This document shows positions 57,514 to 64,000 of a stretch of 64,000 bases of DNA, one piece after another. The DNA comes from a virus (taxonomy: Duplodnaviria; Caudoviricetes), in the IMG/VR virus record IMGVR_UViG_3300020042_012633, positions 8,492 to 72,491 of that record; one strand, written 5' to 3'. A program made the translations under genes and the position numbers. Position 1 is the first letter of the stretch, and each line of letters opens with the position of its first letter. The notes under the pieces were generated by a model that was not told the DNA's origin, made no database searches, and worked only from the letters and a program-made list of their open reading frames with translations.

Positions 57514-60500
57514 TTATATGAAAGTTGCTAGTGTTTTTATTTTCCAACCTGATGTTGCACAAGTAGCGTCTATCTTTATTTGACTCGATACTATTGCTGA
57601 GGTGATTACTACGTCTGCTGTATTCCCAATATCTGTTGTTGAGTTATCGTAGTATGTGGCTGTTGTTCCATTCCAAACTGTTACAAATTCTCCTGCTCTA
57701 GCATTTGTTCCTTTACTTAAAGTGTACTTTACAAAAGCAGAAGTGTAAGATCCTGTTGCTTTGTTGTATAGGTTTTCAACTTCTAAAATGGAGCTTGCTA
57801 CTAAGCTAATTTGTTGTAAAGAGTCAGTTCCTGTAGTTCCTATTTGTACAGTATCTGTTACTAGTAAAGAACCTGTTATTTGAGCATTTCCTGTGTGTGG
57901 GAAAGTTGAGCCTCCTCCACCTGCTATTGTAACTGTTACATCGTTACCTATAACAGAAGCTGATACCCCATTACCTGCAAAATTTAAACTAGATAAGGTT
58001 GTTGTTAAATTCGTTTCTTCGTCTTTTACTGTAATAGCACTTCCTCCACCTCCACCTCCCATAACGTATGAAGCTGTTAACGCATAAGAAGCAGTCCCTG
58101 CAAATTGAGAGGTCTTTGAGCTTGTATATTGATTAAACGAAGAAGTAGTTACAAGTGAACCTGTGTTGATAGTTGTACCTCCAGGTATATAAACTGTAAT
58201 TGTATTAACCTCACTAGTAACATTAACTCCAGAACCTGAAAAGATTAAGCTACGGAGTGATGGTGTTAAGAGGGTGGTATCTTCGTCTGTGACCGATATA
58301 GGACTTCCTCCACTTACTGCATATTGTGCACGATCGGCTACTAAGGCAAAGGAGGCAGTTAGTGCAGGATTGTTACTTGTAAATATAGATCCTGTTACAT
58401 AGGATGCTGTGCCAAATAAAGATCCTGTTATTGATCCGCTTACCTTTAAAGATCCAGTTATTTGTTGTGAACCAGAAACAGTAAATATGCCATTTGTTGT
58501 TACATTCCCATTAACAGTTCCTCCTACTAAAGGAAGATATGAAGGAGCGTATGAGGCTGTTAATGCATAAGATGAACTTAGTGCAAGATTGTTACTTGTA
58601 AATACTGATCCTGTTACGTAAGAGGCTGTTGTGCTATTGAAAGCGTAAGAAGCTGATAGTGCGTAAGATGAGCTTAGTCCAGGATTGGCACTTGTAAATA
58701 TTGAACCTGTTACGTAAGAGGCTGTTATACTACTAAAAGCTTGTGATGAGCTAATACTATACGATGCACTAGTAGCATACGAACTTGATACTGCCTGTAG
58801 GACGTAAGAAGCAGTTTGTGCATTTTGAGCGTAAGAAGATGTTGCAACAGACATTGAACTAGTTTGACTAGTTAAAACGTAAGGAGCTAACATTGAACCT
58901 GTTACGGAGGTTAAAGTATAGTCAGGTGCATGAGAAGCTGTTTGTGCGTAAGAAGCGCTTGTACTATTTTGAGAATACGAACTTGAGATAGCTTGTGAAC
59001 TTGAAATAGCATATGAAGCGGTTCCAAATAAAGAACCTGTATGAGTTCCTACAAAAGAACCAGTAAAGCTTCCTGTGCTATAACTGCTTGTAAAAGAGTT
59101 AAATGAAGATGTTGTTACAAATGAACTTGTATTTATACTACCTCCGCCGTTCAGGGCGAAAGATGCTGTTAATGCATAAGAAGCTGTACCTGCAAATTGA
59201 GATGTATTTGAACTTGTATATTGGTTGAATGATGATGTTGTTAATAATGAACCAGTATCTACAGTACCTCCACTCCCAGCATTTAGGGCGTAAGAAGCTG
59301 TTAGTGCGTAAGAAGCGCTTGTACTATTATTTGAATAAGAGGATGTTGTTGAATATGAGGCTGTCCCTGTTAAGGTACCTGTAAATGAACCTGTAAAACT
59401 TCCCGTATTGTAGCTACTTGTAAAAGCATTAAATGAAGAAGTGGTAGTAAATGAGCTTGTTTGTGAAGCTACTACAAAGCTTGATGTAGCAGAATTTAGT
59501 ACATAGCTAGGAGCATAGGAAGCTGTTAGTGCATAAGAAGCGCTTAGAGCAGGGTTAGCACTTGTAAATGTAGATCCTGTTACATATGATGAAGTTCCAA
59601 ATAAAGAACCTGTTATTCCTTGATTTACTTTTAAAGATCCACTTATTTCTAAAGAACCGGTCATGTTGTGTTGACCGTTAGCGTTTAGTTCAAATTTTCT
59701 ATTTGTATCTGTACTAATCCCTCCTACGAAAAATTGAAGAGGGTAGTTTGATACATTTCCTATATGGAGATGTCTTCCTGTAGAATATAGGTAAGCATCA
59801 TTTACTCCACCAATATCTCCAGAAAAGTTTTCACTATTAATACCCATGTCAATGTAGTTGATAGTTTCATTCCCATTGTTAGCTGTTGCTACAACGTCAG
59901 AAGAAGCTGCCGTTCCTTGATTGGTATTGTGTATGTTTAGTTGTAAGTAGTTGTTTAAGTTACCTTTTCCTGATATTACATTTATGGAAGTTGGATGTGG
60001 TTGCCAAACATAAAGTGCTTCAGGATTTGCTGATGTATTGTTATCTTGATTAATAATAATACTATATGATCCTGATTGGTATATTGAACTCGTTGCAAGA
60101 GTTGTATCTGTTATAAAGTAAGGAAGGTAAGTTGCTTTACCTCCTAAAATATTCGAAGCTGTAGCTGCATTTTGCGTATAAGAACTTGATAGGGCATAGG
60201 AGGCGCTAACTGTATTCGAGCTTGCTAGTGCATAAGAAGCGCTTAGCACACTCATTGAGCTTGTGCTATTTGTTAGCACGTAAGGAGCTAATAATGAACC
60301 TGTTGTAGAAGCTAAAACGTAGTCAGGAGCATAGGAGGCTGTAGATGAGTATGAGGAGCTATTACTATAAGAAGCACTCAACACGCTCATTGAGCTTGTT
60401 GAAGAGTTTAAAGTGTAATTAGGTGCATACTGTGCATAAGATGCTGTTCCTAGTAGGGAGCCTGTAAAAGAAGATGCAGTTACTGAACCAGATACTTGTA

Positions 60501-61002
60501 ACGTATCTCCTACCTGTCTTATTATACTACTTGTTAATGCAGTGCTGCCACTCCATAGTGGAATGAGTCCATTTGTACCTCCTGATACAAAAGCTCCATC
60601 TATTATTACAGTAACCTCTGTACCGTTAGCAACTGCTGTTACTCCACTACCTGAAAAGTTTAGAGTTTGTAGTAGGGGTGCTATACTATTTCCTTCGTCT
60701 TTAACCGCTACAACATTCTCTCCAGAAAATCCTTGTGGACCTCTAGGTCCTGCTGTAATTACCTCTACAACATTAGGTGTTGCTGATTGAAGAACTTCTA
60801 CGGTGTTGGGTAAGCTGTCTTGAAGTACTTCTACATTATACGAAGTTGATAATTTAAAAACCTCTACAACATTAGGTAGATTGTCTTGAATTACCTCCAC
60901 AGTATATGGTGTAGAGGAATTTACTACCTCTACAATATTGGGTAGACCGTCCTGAACTACCTCTACTACGGCTACTCCGTCTGGTAGTACATTTACTATC
61001 AT
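57514..61002 (-). CDS. Tail fibre-like protein (1162 aa) with VEV repeats, a short collagen triplet, SASYA stalks and KDE-LNF modules
   Basis: N-terminal ~11-aa VEV repeats, GPRGPQG, ASYALTAS repeats shared with other fibre genes. Confidence 0.85.
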   Translation of the reverse strand: MIVNVLPDGVAVVEVVQDGLPNIVEVVNSSTPYTVEVIQDNLPNVVEVFKLSTSYNVEVLQDSLPNTVEVLQSATPNVVEVITAGPRGPQGFSGENVVAVKDEGNSIAPLLQTLNFSGSGVTAVANGTEVTVIIDGAFVSGGTNGLIPLWSGSTALTSSIIRQVGDTLQVSGSVTASSFTGSLLGTASYAQYAPNYTLNSSTSSMSVLSASYSNSSSYSSTASYAPDYVLASTTGSLLAPYVLTNSTSSMSVLSASYALASSNTVSASYALSSSYTQNAATASNILGGKATYLPYFITDTTLATSSIYQSGSYSIIINQDNNTSANPEALYVWQPHPTSINVISGKGNLNNYLQLNIHNTNQGTAASSDVVATANNGNETINYIDMGINSENFSGDIGGVNDAYLYSTGRHLHIGNVSNYPLQFFVGGISTDTNRKFELNANGQHNMTGSLEISGSLKVNQGITGSLFGTSSYVTGSTFTSANPALSASYALTASYAPSYVLNSATSSFVVASQTSSFTTTSSFNAFTSSYNTGSFTGSFTGTLTGTASYSTTSSYSNNSTSASYALTASYALNAGSGGTVDTGSLLTTSSFNQYTSSNTSQFAGTASYALTASFALNGGGSINTSSFVTTSSFNSFTSSYSTGSFTGSFVGTHTGSLFGTASYAISSSQAISSSYSQNSTSASYAQTASHAPDYTLTSVTGSMLAPYVLTSQTSSMSVATSSYAQNAQTASYVLQAVSSSYATSASYSISSSQAFSSITASYVTGSIFTSANPGLSSSYALSASYAFNSTTASYVTGSVFTSNNLALSSSYALTASYAPSYLPLVGGTVNGNVTTNGIFTVSGSQQITGSLKVSGSITGSLFGTASYVTGSIFTSNNPALTASFALVADRAQYAVSGGSPISVTDEDTTLLTPSLRSLIFSGSGVNVTSEVNTITVYIPGGTTINTGSLVTTSSFNQYTSSKTSQFAGTASYALTASYVMGGGGGGSAITVKDEETNLTTTLSSLNFAGNGVSASVIGNDVTVTIAGGGGSTFPHTGNAQITGSLLVTDTVQIGTTGTDSLQQISLVASSILEVENLYNKATGSYTSAFVKYTLSKGTNARAGEFVTVWNGTTATYYDNSTTDIGNTADVVITSAIVSSQIKIDATCATSGWKIKTLATFI

Positions 61003-61397
61003 ACTCCTCGAGTTACTTCTTTATCTAATGTTACTGTTCCTTCTAATAATCTTATTACAAGGCTTCCTGAGTATAGTTCTAAATCGTATTTTGCTTTTGC
61101 GAAGTTAAAGGCAGATGAGGATTCTGCTAAAATATAAATACCTACTGATCCACTTGTTGGTGGTTTTAGTCCTCTTGTAGCACTTCCACTAAAATTTAAT
61201 CCAGTTCCATCTGGTGTTAGGGAACTTGATAAGGTTATGTAGGTTGTTGGTTGATTATCTGCATAGGTAGAACGTATCTGCATTCTACCAGAGTATCCAG
61301 TTAGGTTTATAGGTACTAAATTTGAATCCTTATATTGTATTTCAAAATCTACTGTGGTTCCTTGTTCTATTGTAAAATTATGTATCCCTGCAGCCAT
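60999..61397 (-). CDS. Fibre/baseplate adaptor-like beta-sandwich protein
   Basis: NFTIEQGTT...INLTGYSGRMQIR...YDLEL...RLLEGTVTLDKEVTR pattern common upstream of phage fibre genes. Confidence 0.7.
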   Translation of the reverse strand: MAAGIHNFTIEQGTTVDFEIQYKDSNLVPINLTGYSGRMQIRSTYADNQPTTYITLSSSLTPDGTGLNFSGSATRGLKPPTSGSVGIYILAESSSAFNFAKAKYDLELYSGSLVIRLLEGTVTLDKEVTRGV

Positions 61398-61411
61398 TTG
61401 TATAGTTTATC

Positions 61412-61420
61412 TATAAATAG
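61412..61420 (-). promoter_or_regulatory. Putative late promoter CTATTTATA upstream of the fibre operon
   Basis: Intergenic copy. Confidence 0.6.
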
Positions 61421-61430
61421 TTGTTTTTTA

Positions 61431-62117
61431 TCAATCTCTAAACTCCTGGTATACTTTTAAGATAGGTGATACAATTTCGTGTCTATGGTTTTGTTTTAGT
61501 TCAACTACTCTAAATCCTTTTACTTGCTCTTCGATTCTAGATAGGAATGAAAATCCAGTTTCTTTTTTTATTTTTAAATCTATTTGAGCCATATCTCCAC
61601 AAATAGTCATTTTGGAATTCTTACCCAATCTACCTATTACAGTTTCCATTTGATCGTGAGTTACGTTTTGTGCCTCATCCACTATTACAAATGAATTAAG
61701 AAAGGTCCTACCTCTCATAAATGCAAATGGTACAATTTCAATATTACCATTCTCTAATTCCTTATCTACTTTATCTTTACTATAAAGAGCATATAAGTTG
61801 TGATAAATTGGTGCTAACCAAGGATCCATCTTTTCTTTAATATCTCCTGGTAGAAACCCTATTTCTTCCTTAGATACGGTAGGTCTTGTTATAACAATCT
61901 TTTCTACTTCTTTATTAAATAATAAATCTAAAGCTGCTTGTACTGCTACAAGAGTTTTTCCTGACCCTGCCATCCCTTTTAAGACGGTTACTGGGTTTTC
62001 TAAAATAATTGCTTTGGCTTGTTTTTGTTCTTCGTTAAGAACTAAGTTGAATTTAATAGGCTGTTTTGGTTTTCTCTTTTGAGTATAAACCTCATCTGTG
62101 TGGTGGTTACTTGCCAT
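61431..62117 (-). CDS. phoH: PhoH-family ATPase
   Basis: GMAGSGKT, ITRP, GFLPG, FMRGRT, IVDEAQN, GDMAQIDL. Confidence 0.95.
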   Translation of the reverse strand: MASNHHTDEVYTQKRKPKQPIKFNLVLNEEQKQAKAIILENPVTVLKGMAGSGKTLVAVQAALDLLFNKEVEKIVITRPTVSKEEIGFLPGDIKEKMDPWLAPIYHNLYALYSKDKVDKELENGNIEIVPFAFMRGRTFLNSFVIVDEAQNVTHDQMETVIGRLGKNSKMTICGDMAQIDLKIKKETGFSFLSRIEEQVKGFRVVELKQNHRHEIVSPILKVYQEFRD

Positions 62118-62140
62118 GAATATAAACTTTTATTGTTTCC

Positions 62141-62148
62141 TATAAATA
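62141..62148 (-). promoter_or_regulatory. Putative late promoter TATTTATA upstream of phoH
   Basis: Intergenic copy. Confidence 0.55.
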
Positions 62149-62163
62149 TAGGGAATTATTTGT

Positions 62164-62724
62164 TTACTTCCATCCCTTAGTTATATTTTCTTCCCATGGT
62201 AGCATTTGTAGATTGCTGATGTGTCCGATTTGTTCTGGAGGTGTGTTTTCTATAAACCCTTTTTTTATACTTATGATATGGTCAAGAGTATATGCTCCTG
62301 TTTGTCCATTAACTCCCCTTTTGTTAAAGTTTTCTAGTTGCTGAATTGGTTGTTGGTTTGTTATTCTCCATACGTCAATCTTATATCCTTTCCAAGCTGG
62401 TAGACTATCTTTGTATTGTTGGTAGGTTTGGTAACCGTTTCTTCTTGCTATTTGAAGCATTCTTGTTTCAAAGTTGTGCCATCCTATATTTTTCCAAACT
62501 TCAGAACCTTTATTGACTTTGTAACTATTTCTTGATCCCAAAGGCCTTCCTGTAGGAGTCTTTAAACTATTGTCTCGTCCTTCTTTGCTTGCACAGGGTT
62601 GACATTTTAGCTTGTTTCCTTTACCTATCTTTGTTTTTGCATTACGCCAGCTTCCTATATTAGTATACTGTATTGTGACTTCACACTTTGTACATGTATG
62701 CGTTTCTTTTATAAACTCTTTCAT
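62164..62724 (-). CDS. Free-standing HNH homing endonuclease-like protein with N-terminal zinc ribbon
   Basis: Likely start ATG 62724 (MKEFIKETHTCTKC...CQPC); C-terminal LDHIIS...HISNLQMLPWEENITKG. Confidence 0.75.
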   Translation of the reverse strand: MKEFIKETHTCTKCEVTIQYTNIGSWRNAKTKIGKGNKLKCQPCASKEGRDNSLKTPTGRPLGSRNSYKVNKGSEVWKNIGWHNFETRMLQIARRNGYQTYQQYKDSLPAWKGYKIDVWRITNQQPIQQLENFNKRGVNGQTGAYTLDHIISIKKGFIENTPPEQIGHISNLQMLPWEENITKGWK

Positions 62725-62737
62725 AATACCTTTTTTA

Positions 62738-62746
62738 TATAAATAG
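62738..62746 (-). promoter_or_regulatory. Putative late promoter CTATTTATA upstream of the HNH gene
   Basis: Between the capsid terminator and the HNH ATG. Confidence 0.55.
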
Positions 62747-62767
62747 GGAACTATTACCAAAAGCCTA

Positions 62768-62794
62768 TAAAAAAAGAGAGCCGAAGCTCTCTTT
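62768..62794 (-). terminator. Rho-independent terminator after the major capsid gene
   Basis: AGAGAGC-TTCG-GCTCTCT followed by T7 on the minus strand. Confidence 0.85.
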
Positions 62795-62815
62795 ATTTTT
62801 TCAATCAGTTTTTGA

Positions 62816-63130
62816 CTATACTGTTGTAAGATCACTAACAAAGATTTTTCCGTAAAACTCGGGTCTGATCATTTTCTTAGCATATCTCGTCATTATCCCT
62901 TTACGAGGAGTAAATGTGGTTGGATCGTATACAAGTGGAGTCATGATTAATGGAATGTATGGAGCATAAACTGCACCAGTTTCCAAGAATTGAGATCCTC
63001 TGTATCCTAACAATACAACGTTTTCAGTCATGTAAGGGTTTTTGTAAACTTTAAAACGAGAGTTTAAGTTACCTACTTTTTGAACACCCATTGCAAAATC
63101 CATTTTGTCACCGTTTGTATCTGAAGCATC
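62816..63130 (-). CDS. gp23: Major capsid protein (T4 gp23-like), C-terminal fragment
   Basis: DASDTNGDKMDFAMGVQKVG...VYKNPY...GYRGSQFLETGAVYAPYIPL...FTPRKGIMTRYA; frame truncated upstream at an inversion junction. Confidence 0.9.
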   Translation of the reverse strand, partial: DASDTNGDKMDFAMGVQKVGNLNSRFKVYKNPYMTENVVLLGYRGSQFLETGAVYAPYIPLIMTPLVYDPTTFTPRKGIMTRYAKKMIRPEFYGKIFVSDLTTV

Positions 63131-63184
63131 TCAAACAGGTAACGGTACAATTGGAACACAAAACGGTAACACAGGTGGTGCTGA
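63121..63184 (+). repeat. 64-nt direct repeat, second copy at 63937-64000 (period 816 nt)
   Basis: ctgaagcatctcaaacagg...ggtggtgctga is identical at both positions. Confidence 0.9.
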
Positions 63185-64000
63185 GCAATGGGCAGGTGTA
63201 GCTTTACCATTAGTACGTAAAGTATTCGCTCAAATCGCAGCTAAAGATTTCGTATCTGTACAACCAATGAACTTACCATCAGGTCTTGTATTTTACTTAG
63301 ACTTTAAATATGGTACAGGAACAGCAGGATTCAGCAATGGAGAAAACATGTACGGTAACGTTTCTACAGCTAATACAAAAATTGGAGTAGATAGCGAAGC
63401 ATCAGGAGGTTTATACGGTGCAGGTAGATTTGGTTATTCATTAAATGACTTTACAGCTTCTGTAGGATTAATTGCTTCAGGTTCTGCTACATCGCAATCT
63501 ATCGCTTACCAAGATGGTGTACTTCCATCTGCTTACAGAACATTTACAATTCCAGCAACTTCTATCTCAGGATCAGATTTAAAAGCTGTTAGAGCATTCA
63601 GACTACTATCTGCTTCAGTAGATATTACATCTAACCCAGAATTAACTACAACAGATGGTACCAACGTAACATTCGTAGTAGCAACTTCAGCCTATACTAG
63701 TCCTACTCCATCAGGTGCTATTACTGCTACAGTAATATATACTGCTCAACCAACTGACAACACAAGAGGTGATTTCGAAGATGGTGCTACAAAAACAACA
63801 GCGCCAACTGCAATCACTATTCCAGAGATTAACGTAACATTAGCTTCTGAAGCAATTGTTGCTAAAACAAGAAAATTAAAAGCACAATGGACTCCAGAGT
63901 TCGCACAAGATCTTAACGCTTACCACTCAATCGATGCTGAAGCATCTCAAACAGGTAACGGTACAATTGGAACACAAAACGGTAACACAGGTGGTGCTGA
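63123..64000 (+). CDS. gp23: Major capsid protein (gp23-like), internal fragment in inverted orientation; not in the ORF track
   Basis: Manual translation EASQTG...EQWAGVALPLVRKVF...VSVQPMNLPSGLVFYLDFKYG...IVAKTRKLKAQWTPEFAQDLNAYHSIDAEA, then an in-frame jump back to SQTGNG. Confidence 0.85.

Noticed and set aside
7814-62841. ORF-track start sites at 7840, 8376, 18415 and 62841
   Set aside because: Upstream extensions overlap neighbouring genes or terminators; downstream ATGs (7813, 8343, 18352, 62724) fit signal peptides, spacing and promoters better.
1-64000. Alternative genetic code (stop-codon reassignment), as in some large phages
   Set aside because: Conserved genes and a 14-kb ORF are intact under the standard code; the only breaks are one frameshift and the capsid junctions.

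Overview
A 64-kb segment of a large, AT-rich, T4-like contractile-tailed phage genome, with almost all genes on the minus strand. The host is probably Bacteroidota: four signal peptides end in a +1 Gln, a T9SS-CTD-like domain is present, and ribosome-binding regions are A-rich without Shine-Dalgarno motifs. Left to right: small accessory genes and an atypical 125-nt tRNA-like RNA; a six-gene envelope operon (CsgG-like protein, cohesin/dockerin-like protein, T9SS-CTD-like lipoprotein, predicted beta-barrel); a replication block (resolvase-like nuclease, nrdAB, helicase, 5'-3' exonuclease, RecA-like, SSB, compact PolA); a tail module (GH19-fused hub, tape measure, chaperones with a candidate +1 frameshift, tube, sheath); repeat-rich fibres (one split by a single-base frameshift); neck genes; a 4666-aa protein with 17 tandem repeats; more fibres; phoH; an HNH endonuclease; and a gp23-like major capsid gene scrambled at 8-10-nt microhomologies at the right edge (probably a chimera or assembly artefact). 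Two promoter classes are visible. All family assignments come from motif recognition by eye; no database searches were run.
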